A DNA stretch of 28,937 nucleotides from contig JBJKQR010000070.1 of the NCBI GenBank assembly GCA_046735395.1, positions 1 through 28,937 of the forward strand, in the 5' to 3' direction. Positions 9,936 through 18,499 of this stretch are shown here, piece by piece. The position numbers and the translations under genes are program-made. Source of the DNA: Fidelibacterota bacterium (GTDB taxonomy: Bacteria > Fidelibacterota > Fidelibacteria > Fidelibacterales > DSDE01). The notes beneath the pieces are model-generated. The model saw only the letters and a program-made list of their open reading frames with translations. It did no database searches and had not been told where the DNA came from. The stretch's first letter is position 1. Each line of letters starts with the position of its first letter.

Positions 9936-9979
9936 GTTACTATTGATAGAAACGTAACGCTTTTTCTGCACAATTCCAA
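9936..9979 (-). promoter_or_regulatory. Putative sigma70 promoter with overlapping candidate TrpR operator
   Basis: Minus strand TTGGAA-17 nt-TACGTT (9979-9974, 9956-9951). Imperfect palindrome GTTACTATTGATAGAAAC (9936-9953, 14/18 symmetric) covers the -10 end and the expected start site. Confidence 0.5.
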
Positions 9980-10214
9980 CTTTTTTTTCAGATTGGTACC
10001 GCGATAGGGAATCAGCGGTCGGGCTGACGTATTTTAAGCATGATTCCGTATTTCTGGAAAGGTTATTTTTATCCGAAAACCTGGATTCGACTTACTGAAA
10101 CCACGTTCTGTAATTGTCTGGAAAATATGTCATTGACCTGACTTAATATCCACGTTCAATAAGGCCGCAAATGCTCCGAATCATTTATTGACACTGAGAT
10201 GTATTGTAATTTCA

Positions 10215-10246
10215 GTGTAGATACGCAAGATCTTGCGTATCTACAC
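10215..10246. repeat. Perfect 32-bp palindrome, GTAG-type REP-like element
   Basis: GTGTAGATACGCAAGA|TCTTGCGTATCTACAC, followed by decaying half copies up to about 10295. Confidence 0.85.
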
Positions 10247-10417
10247 ACAATGCGTATCTACCCATCATGCGTCTCTGCACACCCGTCTCTGCACATGCAT
10301 GCCAACATGCGGTTCCACATCTGATGTATTTCAATGGGTACATGTTGCAGTGGACTTAGTTTGATCATCCGTTTTACCGTTGATCAGGATGGTTTGAACA
10401 AAGGTTCTATGATCACA

Positions 10418-10723
10418 TTAAATCAGAGCCTGGATACCTTTTCGTTCGACAATATCAAGGAGTTTTTTTGAAGCTCCGGCTGGTTTCTTATTTCCCTGTT
10501 CCCATTTCTGAACAGTAGAGGGGCTGATATTGAACAGGCTGGCTAAGGCGGCCTGGCTTAATTTATATTTTTTCCGTAATGATACAATTCGTTCAGGAGT
10601 ATAATCGTGAACCTCCGGAATACATAATTTTTCAATGTTTTTTAATGTGATATCATCAACCAATCCAATTCTATGAAGATCTTTCATCGGATTCAAAATG
10701 GAGTCGCTTATCGATCTTTTCAT
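10418..10723 (-). CDS. HigA-like XRE/HTH antitoxin
   Basis: C-terminal HTH LRKKYKLSQAALASLFNISPSTVQKWEQGNKKP; ATGA overlap with the upstream toxin gene; AT-rich. Confidence 0.88.
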   Translation of the reverse strand: MKRSISDSILNPMKDLHRIGLVDDITLKNIEKLCIPEVHDYTPERIVSLRKKYKLSQAALASLFNISPSTVQKWEQGNKKPAGASKKLLDIVERKGIQALI

Positions 10724-11088
10724 CTTCCCACCTCCTTCAAATACCCGCTGGCGAGGGCTTTATCAATGTCTGTTTCTGAGAAAGAAAGTAATATTTTTGA
10801 AGCTTCTCTCAATGCAATAAGTTCTTTGGGCGAAACATTTGACTTTTCATTTTTTGCAAAACCATGGATAAAGATAGCTCTGTCATCAATTTTAAAACAT
10901 AGGATAGTTCTTCCGCTACTTCTTTTCCCCTGGCCTGAAAATCGAATTCGTTTCTTTATGACATTTCCGCCCAAATCAGCCTCAAATATTCCTTTTCCTA
11001 CTTCATCTAACGCCTTTTCCAATTCTTCAAGTGATATATTCTGCTTTTTTGCCCACTTGGAGAAATGGTTTGTCATGAGTTTTCTCAT
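10720..11088 (-). CDS. RelE/HigB-like type II toxin (DUF1044-type)
   Basis: FSKWAKK, ADLGGNVIKKRI, GKRSSGRTI and FIHGFAKNEKSNVS..EL; toxin-first gene order. Confidence 0.88.
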   Translation of the reverse strand: MRKLMTNHFSKWAKKQNISLEELEKALDEVGKGIFEADLGGNVIKKRIRFSGQGKRSSGRTILCFKIDDRAIFIHGFAKNEKSNVSPKELIALREASKILLSFSETDIDKALASGYLKEVGR

Positions 11089-11092
11089 GTTT

Positions 11093-11122
11093 TAATATAG
11101 CACTTAGTGATATATTAGGCAA
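11093..11122 (-). promoter_or_regulatory. TA promoter with antitoxin operator palindrome
   Basis: -35 TTGCCT (11122-11117), 17-nt spacer, -10 TATATT (11099-11094). A 25-bp inverted repeat TAATATAGCACT-T-AGTGATATATTA (11093-11117, one mismatched pair) spans the spacer and -10. Confidence 0.8.
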
Positions 11123-11362
11123 GGATGAGATAACATCTTACTATTTTGTTGATATTTTCTGTCGAAGATTCAATAAAACCCAGAAACCAACTCCCGTGAT
11201 ATCCAGTGATCCGTGAAAATTGCACAGATCATGCAGGCTGCACAGATAAATCCATAAAACCCCTATATGCCGGAGTGATCCAATTGGCGTAAACTCAGGC
11301 CTCAGCGAAAGGGAGAGAAGTATGAATTATATTTTATTTTATCAAGGCGGGAGGTAAAAGCC

Positions 11363-12187
11363 ATGCCCATACTCCTGAATGCCCTGAAGAGCCTGCTGGC
11401 GGCAGCCTATCTGCCGGCGCTGCTGCTCTATGCCATGTATTTCGAGAAGGGCCGGAAGCGTCAGTGGGAGCAGGGACGTGCCTGGCTGAAAGTGGCCGTG
11501 TTTCTGAATTTTCTCTATCTGCTCCTGAAAGGCGCCTATTTCGGGCAGTTTCCCGTGACCCATCCGGCCGAGAGCCTGTCGCTCATCGCCCTGACGGTGG
11601 GAGCCGTCTATCTCTATATCGAGTCCATTACGGCCGAAGGCAAGACCGGCGTTTTCTTCAGCGCCTTTGCCGCGATTTTTCAGCTGGCCGCGTCCATGTT
11701 CATGCCCATTCAGCCGGTGCGGAATCAGCTGCTCTCCAATCCCCTCTTCGGATTCCATACCCTTATCACGGTGACGGGCCTGTCCGCCCTGAGCATTGCC
11801 GCGCTGTACGGCCTGATGTATGTGATGCTGAGCCAGAAGATCCGCCATCATCAATTCGGTAAAATATATGAGAACCTGCCGGCGCTCGAACAGCTGGAAA
11901 CCATGGGACGAAAAGCCTCCCTGCTGGGACTGGCTTTCCTCGGTACGGGAATCCTGCTGGGGCACATCTGGGCCAAACAGATCCTGGGCGTATTTTTTCC
12001 GCTGGATCCCAAAATATTCGTGAGTGATCTGTCCTGGATCGTTTACGTCATCATGTGGATCATTGTCAAATATGCCAATATCCGGGGCCTGCAGCCCGGA
12101 CGCTGGGCCTTCTGGGGATTCCTGGTCATGGTTGCCGCCATGGCCGTTGCCGGTTTCACAGGAGGCAGTTTTCACGATTTCATCTAA
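11363..12187 (+). CDS. CcsA/CcmC-superfamily membrane protein, HemX-like
   Basis: About 8 TM helices with FPVTHPAES, FH in a TM helix, LPALEQLE, GHIWA..FFPLDPK and C-terminal SFHDF; GGAGG SD; first gene of the hem operon. Confidence 0.8.
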   Translation: MPILLNALKSLLAAAYLPALLLYAMYFEKGRKRQWEQGRAWLKVAVFLNFLYLLLKGAYFGQFPVTHPAESLSLIALTVGAVYLYIESITAEGKTGVFFSAFAAIFQLAASMFMPIQPVRNQLLSNPLFGFHTLITVTGLSALSIAALYGLMYVMLSQKIRHHQFGKIYENLPALEQLETMGRKASLLGLAFLGTGILLGHIWAKQILGVFFPLDPKIFVSDLSWIVYVIMWIIVKYANIRGLQPGRWAFWGFLVMVAAMAVAGFTGGSFHDFI

Positions 12188-12200
12188 ACTATGAAGACCT

Positions 12201-13505
12201 ATGCAGAATAAAATCATTCGTTTTGGTTGGGACCACACAAACAGCACCGTGACGTTCAGGGACCGGATCATGGTATCCCGCGAGTCCCTGTCCTATGTGC
12301 TGAAGACCCTGACAGAAAAGCTTCCGGAGATACGGGAGGCTGGTGCGCTGGCCACCTGCAACCGGATGGAATATTACCTGATCGCCGACTCGGCAGATAT
12401 CGGGTCCATTATGGATTTCATTTACGGCAAACTGCTGAATACGGAACTCAGCCCCGAGGATCCGGATCCCCTCGTGCTGCGGGGAAATGAGGCAGTCGGC
12501 CACCTGTTCCGGGTGGCGTCGGGGCTGAAAAGCCTCATGATCGGTGAGGCTCAGATTCTGAGCCAGGTGAAGAGCGCCTACGATCTGCTGCTGGAAAACG
12601 GCGATCGGTCTCCCATCCTGAACCGTCTGTTTCAGGAAGCCATCCGGACCGGCAAGCAGGTTCGCGAGGATACGGCTGTGGGCCGGGGCGCCGTCTCCGT
12701 TTCCATGGCTGCCGTGGAGATGTCCAAGCATGTATTCAGCGAATTCCATGATAAAAAGGCCGTGCTGCTGGGCGCCGGGGAAACATCCGAACTCGCGGCC
12801 CGTCATTTTCTGTCCCTCGGGCTGAGAAATTTTACTATCGTGAACCGGGGTGAAGAACGGGGAAAGGCGCTGGCTGAGCTGACCGACGGTGTGTACCGTC
12901 CGCTTGCGGACATAGAGGATGCCCTGACGGATGCGGATATCGTCGTGGCCGCCACCTCTTCAAAAGAGCCGCTGATTTCACTGGAAATGGTGCAGCGGGC
13001 ATTGAAGAAGGGCCGGAAACGGCTGCTGTATCTGGCGGATATTTCATCGCCCCGCAATATTGATCCGGATGTGGCCGGGCTGCCCTCCGTCTTTCTGGCG
13101 GATATGGACAATCTGGATCATATCGTCCGGGAAAATATGAAAAAGCGCGAAGCGGCCGTGGAAGACGGACTGCAGATCTGCGAACAGAATCAGAAGGATT
13201 TCGAGGACTGGCTGAATTCCCTCAATGTGGTGCCGACCATCAGCGGCCTGGCAAACTATTTCGACGGGCTTCGGAAGCAGATTCTCGCCGAGTATGAGTT
13301 CAAGACCAATGACAAGGAATACGCCCGCATGGATGAACTCTCCCGCAAAATCGTGAAGCGTCTGCTGCACAATCCCATCCGCTACCTGCGGGATATGGCC
13401 GGAGAGGAAAAACTGGACTATACTCAAATAGATACGATCTGGCAGATATTCAACCTGGAACAGATGCTGGTCAAATACCACGCAGAGAAAGTAGGAAAGA
13501 ATTAA
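12201..13505 (+). CDS. hemA: Glutamyl-tRNA reductase
   Basis: Catalytic TCNR, HLFRVASGLKSLMIGEAQILSQVK, GAGE NADPH motif, DISSPRNID and LLHNP. Confidence 0.95.
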   Translation: MQNKIIRFGWDHTNSTVTFRDRIMVSRESLSYVLKTLTEKLPEIREAGALATCNRMEYYLIADSADIGSIMDFIYGKLLNTELSPEDPDPLVLRGNEAVGHLFRVASGLKSLMIGEAQILSQVKSAYDLLLENGDRSPILNRLFQEAIRTGKQVREDTAVGRGAVSVSMAAVEMSKHVFSEFHDKKAVLLGAGETSELAARHFLSLGLRNFTIVNRGEERGKALAELTDGVYRPLADIEDALTDADIVVAATSSKEPLISLEMVQRALKKGRKRLLYLADISSPRNIDPDVAGLPSVFLADMDNLDHIVRENMKKREAAVEDGLQICEQNQKDFEDWLNSLNVVPTISGLANYFDGLRKQILAEYEFKTNDKEYARMDELSRKIVKRLLHNPIRYLRDMAGEEKLDYTQIDTIWQIFNLEQMLVKYHAEKVGKN

Positions 13506-14419
13506 TGGAACGAATCGTGATCGGAACCCGCGCCAGCCGTCTGGCTCTCTGGCAGGCGGAATACATCCGGGACCTGCTGGCTGAAACGGGCAGCGTTAAA
13601 AATATTGAAATCCGGAAATTCAGCACCCGGGGTGATGAAAATCTGAAATCACCGCTGCCGGAGATCGGGGACAAGGGGCTTTTTACCAGGGAATTGGAGG
13701 ACGCGCTCCTGAGCGGTGACATCCACATCGCGGTGCACAGCCTGAAGGACCTGCCTTCCGAACTGCCGGCGGGGCTCATCTATGCGGCCAGTCCGAAACG
13801 GGCGGATGCGCGCGATGCCTTTGTATCCCTCAAATGGAAAGCCCTGGCCGAGGTGCCGGAAAATGGCATCATAGCGACAGGCAGTGTACGCCGTCAGGCT
13901 CAGCTTCTGGGCGGACATCCGGAATTCAGCTTTCGCGGGCTTCGCGGGAATATCGAGACGCGGCTGCGGAAACTGAAGGAAAATGGCTATGACGGAATCA
14001 TCATGGCCACGGCAGCTCTCCATCGCCTGGAAATGCAAGACGTGATTACGGAATCCCTTGATCCGGAGGTCTTTGTGCCGTCGGTGGGGCAGGGTGCTGT
14101 CGCGGTGGAATGCCTGGAAGACAGTCAGGATATCCTGGATATTCTGGAAACTATCAATGATCCGGATACACGAAGCTGCTGTATGGCGGAACGGGCCTTC
14201 ATGAAACAGCTCGAGGGCGGATGCTCGGTTGCTCTCGGCGCCCATGCCGTCTTCACATCGGAAGGACGGCTGCTGCTGCGCGGATTCGTCGCCTCACGTG
14301 ACGGGAAAAACTCATTGAATGACACCCTCAGCGGCGATGCGGAAAACCCGGTGAAGCTGGGTGAGGATCTGGCTGCCGCCTTCCTGAACCGCGGTGCCCG
14401 GGAGATTCTCAGAAACTGA
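13505..14419 (+). CDS. hemC: Hydroxymethylbilane synthase (porphobilinogen deaminase)
   Basis: IGTRASRLALWQ, KGLFTRELE, AVHSLKD, RGNIETRLRKL and LEGGC (cofactor Cys); TAATG coupling to hemA. Confidence 0.96.
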   Translation: MERIVIGTRASRLALWQAEYIRDLLAETGSVKNIEIRKFSTRGDENLKSPLPEIGDKGLFTRELEDALLSGDIHIAVHSLKDLPSELPAGLIYAASPKRADARDAFVSLKWKALAEVPENGIIATGSVRRQAQLLGGHPEFSFRGLRGNIETRLRKLKENGYDGIIMATAALHRLEMQDVITESLDPEVFVPSVGQGAVAVECLEDSQDILDILETINDPDTRSCCMAERAFMKQLEGGCSVALGAHAVFTSEGRLLLRGFVASRDGKNSLNDTLSGDAENPVKLGEDLAAAFLNRGAREILRN

Positions 14420-14420
14420 T

Positions 14421-15140
14421 ATGATACTCTACGTCTGCGGACAGGATATACCTCAGGCCCTGACTGACTTTTCAGATGAAATTCAGTTTTATCAGGTTCT
14501 GCATATTGCGTATCTGCAGGTAGCGGAGGAAATTATACAAAAAGCAGTAATGGACAGCGATACGGTGGGTTTTACCAGCCGCCACGGCGTGGAAGGCCTG
14601 GCCCGAAGCTGCAGCAATATTGAAGATATTAAGACCCGCCTGGCGGAGAAGACAATATACTGCAGCGGCAAACGTACGGCATCGGTATTGGAACGTGAAT
14701 TCGCAGTGACTGCCCGGGTGCCCGATCGAAATGATTCACAGGGAATCTGCGGGGAAATGATTCGCAATGGCGCTTCCAAGAGTGTCCTTCATATAACGTC
14801 CGCCGAGCCTCTGTCTGTCCTTTCCGACTGCTGCAGGACAGCCTCCATCGCCTACCGGGCCATTTCCGTATACGAAACGGCCATCCTGCCGAACGATGCA
14901 TTCCGGAAGGAATTCGGCAATGGGGAGACGGACCTGATCTGCATCGGCTCTCCGTCCAGCGCCGACGGCATGCTGCTGAGCCTGGGCAAATCCGATTTCC
15001 GTGATATCCGCGGGCGTTTTGTCTGCCTGGGACACAGCAGTGCGGAGCATCTCCGCGAACTCGGCGCAGCAGACATTCACATATCGACACCGGCCGGACT
15101 GGCTGGTGATATTCAGACACTAATGAAAGGAAAGATTTGA
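14421..15140 (+). CDS. hemD: Uroporphyrinogen-III synthase (divergent)
   Basis: FTSRHGV, GKRTA, VYET, SPSS and CLGHSSA match HemD patterns; lies between hemC and hemE; ATG 14421 is 1 nt after the hemC stop. Confidence 0.8.
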   Translation: MILYVCGQDIPQALTDFSDEIQFYQVLHIAYLQVAEEIIQKAVMDSDTVGFTSRHGVEGLARSCSNIEDIKTRLAEKTIYCSGKRTASVLEREFAVTARVPDRNDSQGICGEMIRNGASKSVLHITSAEPLSVLSDCCRTASIAYRAISVYETAILPNDAFRKEFGNGETDLICIGSPSSADGMLLSLGKSDFRDIRGRFVCLGHSSAEHLRELGAADIHISTPAGLAGDIQTLMKGKI

Positions 15141-15143
15141 AAT

Positions 15144-16187
15144 ATGACTGACAGAGAACGTTTCCTGGCCGCCTGCCGGCAGAAAAATACGGGACGCCCT
15201 CCGCTGTGGATCATGCGTCAGGCAGGCCGCTACCTGCCCGAATACCGGAAACTGAAGGAACAGTACAGTTTTCTGGAAATGGTGAAAACGCCGGAACTGG
15301 CCACGACCGTGACGCTTCAGCCCCTGAAACGTTTCGAACTCGATGCGGCCATTCTGTTTTCTGATATTCTCACAGTGCCGGAAGCGCTGGGTTTTCCCTA
15401 CAGCTTCGTGGAAAGCGGTGGCATCCGCATGAAGACGGTGGTCAGGGATGAGGCGGATGTGAAAGCCTTTCAGACCGGGGCGGTCGCTGAACGGCTGAGC
15501 TATATTCCCGATGCGCTGAAACTGATCCGCCGTGAACTGGGTGACAAAAAGGCGCTCCTGGGTTTCGTCGGCTCTCCCTGGACTCTGGCCACCTACCTGG
15601 TGGAAGGCGGCAGTTCAAAGAATTTCACTCAGGCAAAACAGATGCTGTACAGCAATCCGAAACTCTTTCACAGCATGATGGACAAAATCACCGAAGCGGT
15701 GAGTATCTCTCTGGATCTGCAGATTGAAGCGGGCGTGGATGCGGTACAGATCTTCGACAGCTGGGGAGGCGTGCTCACACCGGACACCTTTCCCGTGGCC
15801 TCCGGAATTTATATGAAGAAAATCGTGGATAAGGTGGCGGGCAGAGTGCCTGTCATTGTTTTTTCGAAAGGTTCGCATACCTGGCTGAATGATCTGAAGA
15901 ATACGGGTGCGGATGTCCTGGGATTTGACTGGACGGTAAATCTCTCCAATATGGCCCGGCTGCTGAATGGGACCACCGCAGTTCAGGGTAATCTGGATCC
16001 GGCGCTGATGAATCTGGATCCGGATATTGTGACACGGCAGGCGCAGAATCTGTTGAATTCCATGAAAACCTATCCCGGCTTCATCTTCAATCTGGGACAC
16101 GGTATTCTGCCGACAGCCCGTCTGGAATCCGTTGAAGCATTGGTAGACACGGTGAGAAACTTTTCTTCAGAAAGGAATAGCAAATGA
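15144..16187 (+). CDS. hemE: Uroporphyrinogen decarboxylase
   Basis: PLWIMRQAGRYLPEY, DAAILFSDIL, GSPWTLATY, QIFDSW, VQGNLDP and FNLGHGI. Confidence 0.97.
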   Translation: MTDRERFLAACRQKNTGRPPLWIMRQAGRYLPEYRKLKEQYSFLEMVKTPELATTVTLQPLKRFELDAAILFSDILTVPEALGFPYSFVESGGIRMKTVVRDEADVKAFQTGAVAERLSYIPDALKLIRRELGDKKALLGFVGSPWTLATYLVEGGSSKNFTQAKQMLYSNPKLFHSMMDKITEAVSISLDLQIEAGVDAVQIFDSWGGVLTPDTFPVASGIYMKKIVDKVAGRVPVIVFSKGSHTWLNDLKNTGADVLGFDWTVNLSNMARLLNGTTAVQGNLDPALMNLDPDIVTRQAQNLLNSMKTYPGFIFNLGHGILPTARLESVEALVDTVRNFSSERNSK

Positions 16188-17548
16188 TACCCGACAGTGA
16201 TCTGATAAAAAAATACAGTGTATCCGGGCCCCGTTACACATCCTATCCCACGGCGCCCCATTTCCGCAGCGATCTGCCGGAAGCGGAGGTTTCAGCGGCC
16301 ATGGACAGGGAACTCAAACGGGCAGACCGGAATCTCTCTCTTTATACGCATATTCCCTTCTGTGATACGCTCTGTTATTTCTGCGGCTGTACCACCATCG
16401 TCACGCGGAATCCTGAAAAACCCGTTTCATATTTAGAGGTTCTGGATAAGGAAGTCGAGCTTTACAGCTCCCGGATCGAGCCGGGGCGCAAAGTGGAACA
16501 GATGCATTTCGGAGGCGGAACGCCCACACATCTGAGCCCGGCTCAGCTCGATCATCTGGGCGAAACGCTCCACTCTCATTTCCGGTTCAGCGATGATGCG
16601 GAAATCGGCTGTGAAATTGATCCGAGGGAACTGACGGAAGCGCATGTGAAAGCACTGCGGAATCTGGGTACAAACCGCGTCAGCCTGGGTGTGCAGGATT
16701 TTAATGAAAAGGTACAGAAAGCTGTAAACCGCATTCAGAGCGAGGAACTGATCACCGAGGTGTCAGCGTGGATACGGAATGCCGGTATTACATCATTGAA
16801 TATGGATCTGATTTACGGGCTTCCGCATCAGAATCAGGAAACGTTTCTCGTTACCCTCGAAAAGGTGATGGCTTTCCGGCCCGATCGTCTCGCGGTCTTC
16901 AATTATGCTCATGTTCCGTGGATCAAGCCGCATCAGAAGCTGATTCATGCTGAAGATCTGCCGTCGCCTGAGGAAAAGATCGCCATGCTGCAGATGATGA
17001 CCCGTTTTCTGGAGGAAAACGGCTATGTCTATATCGGCATGGATCATTTTGCCCGAAAGGATGATGAACTGACACTGGCGCAGAAGAACGGCACCCTGCA
17101 GCGGAATTTTCAGGGATACAGCACGCGGGCCGGCCTGGACATCGTTGCCTTCGGGATGAGCGGAATCTCCCAGTATGACAATCTCTACATTCAGAATCAC
17201 AAGGATCTGGATGTGTACGGCCGGATGGTGGACGAGGGAAAATTTCCCATTGAAAAAGCTTATATCATGACGGATGAGGATATGGTCCGGCGTTCCGTCA
17301 TCAGTGACCTCATGTGTAATCTGAAACTGGATCTGGACGTCTTCGGCAAGCAGCACGGCATTGATGCTCCGGCACATTTCTCCGATGCGCTGAACCGGCT
17401 TGATTCCTTTTATGATGAAGGGCTGGCGGAGCGGACGGGAAATGTACTGACGATTACGGACAAGGGACGTTTTTTCATCCGGAATATCGCCATGCTCTTC
17501 GATGCCTATCTGCCGACGGATGACAGCAAATATTCAAAGACGGTGTAA
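16184..17548 (+). CDS. hemN: Oxygen-independent coproporphyrinogen III dehydrogenase (radical SAM)
   Basis: GPRYTSYPTA N-terminus (true HemN rather than HemW), HIPFCDTLCYFCGC, GGGTP, DLIYGLP, IGMDHFA and RNFQGY. Confidence 0.96.
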   Translation: MIPDSDLIKKYSVSGPRYTSYPTAPHFRSDLPEAEVSAAMDRELKRADRNLSLYTHIPFCDTLCYFCGCTTIVTRNPEKPVSYLEVLDKEVELYSSRIEPGRKVEQMHFGGGTPTHLSPAQLDHLGETLHSHFRFSDDAEIGCEIDPRELTEAHVKALRNLGTNRVSLGVQDFNEKVQKAVNRIQSEELITEVSAWIRNAGITSLNMDLIYGLPHQNQETFLVTLEKVMAFRPDRLAVFNYAHVPWIKPHQKLIHAEDLPSPEEKIAMLQMMTRFLEENGYVYIGMDHFARKDDELTLAQKNGTLQRNFQGYSTRAGLDIVAFGMSGISQYDNLYIQNHKDLDVYGRMVDEGKFPIEKAYIMTDEDMVRRSVISDLMCNLKLDLDVFGKQHGIDAPAHFSDALNRLDSFYDEGLAERTGNVLTITDKGRFFIRNIAMLFDAYLPTDDSKYSKTV

Positions 17549-17554
17549 AAGGCA

Positions 17555-18499
17555 ATGACAAAAGCCGTAGTTCTCATCAATCTCGGCGGCCCTGAATCGG
17601 CTGAGGAAGTCCGCCCCTTTCTGAAACGTCTGTTTTCGGACCGGGATATATTTTCATTTCCCGGTGGACAGGCGGGAAGCCGTCTGTTTTCCTCGCTGAT
17701 CAGCCGGCTGCGGGCACCCATTGCCCGGAAGCATTACGCCCACATCGGCGGGGCATCACCCATACGGAAAAATACGGAAGCACAGGCTGAGGCACTTCAG
17801 GCCGAATTGGGCCTGGAATACCGGGTGATGGCTGTGCAGCGTTACAGCAATCCTGATATTGCCCAGGCCATCCGGGATCTGAAGGCGGAGGGAGTAAAAA
17901 AGGTCCTTCTTCTGCCGCTCTTTCCCCAGTACAGCACCACGACGACGCTGTCCGTTTTCAATGAATGGGAACGGCTGGGCGGGAACCGGGATTTCGAAAC
18001 GGTTAAAATTTCCCGCTTTTATGAGAATGAGGATTATCTGCAGAGCTGTGCGGACCGCATTTCTGAGGCGGCCGTATCTTTTGAGGAAAGACCCTGCATC
18101 TTGTTTTCCGCGCACGGCCTGCCCATTTCGAGAGTGAAAAGCGGCGATCCCTATCCGGAAGAAGTGGAAGCTACGGTGCGGGGCATTATGGAAAAACTCG
18201 GACAGGGTTACGCACACGGCCTCTGCTACCAGTCGAAGGTGGGGCCTGTGGAATGGCTGGGGCCGTCCATACAGGAGAGCCTGACCGCTCTCGTGGCGGA
18301 GGGAAAAACGGATGTGCTGGTCTTTCCGGTCAGCTTCGTGTCCGAGCATCTGGAAACCTTGTATGAACTTGATATAGAGCACCGGGAATTTGCGGAGAAT
18401 GCAGGGATCCGGCGCTATGAACGGGCCGGGACGCCGGGGACGGCAGCCCGATTTATTCAGGGACTGAAAACTGTGATAACGGAGAACGATCATGAGTGA
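17555..18499 (+). CDS. hemH: Ferrochelatase
   Basis: NLGGP, PLFPQYS, FSAHGLP, GDPY, YQSKVGPVEWLGP and SFVSEHLETLYELD. Confidence 0.95.
   Translation: MTKAVVLINLGGPESAEEVRPFLKRLFSDRDIFSFPGGQAGSRLFSSLISRLRAPIARKHYAHIGGASPIRKNTEAQAEALQAELGLEYRVMAVQRYSNPDIAQAIRDLKAEGVKKVLLLPLFPQYSTTTTLSVFNEWERLGGNRDFETVKISRFYENEDYLQSCADRISEAAVSFEERPCILFSAHGLPISRVKSGDPYPEEVEATVRGIMEKLGQGYAHGLCYQSKVGPVEWLGPSIQESLTALVAEGKTDVLVFPVSFVSEHLETLYELDIEHREFAENAGIRRYERAGTPGTAARFIQGLKTVITENDHE

Noticed and set aside
9972..10214. Trp attenuator or T-box upstream of trpR-trpB
   Set aside because: No leader peptide with clustered Trp codons, and no T-box consensus or terminator/antiterminator pair seen.
11211..11227. Rex/CRP/FNR-like box CGTGAAAATTGCACA upstream of the hem operon
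   Set aside because: Half-site spacing is 1 nt short for both Rex and CRP, and the arms are degenerate.
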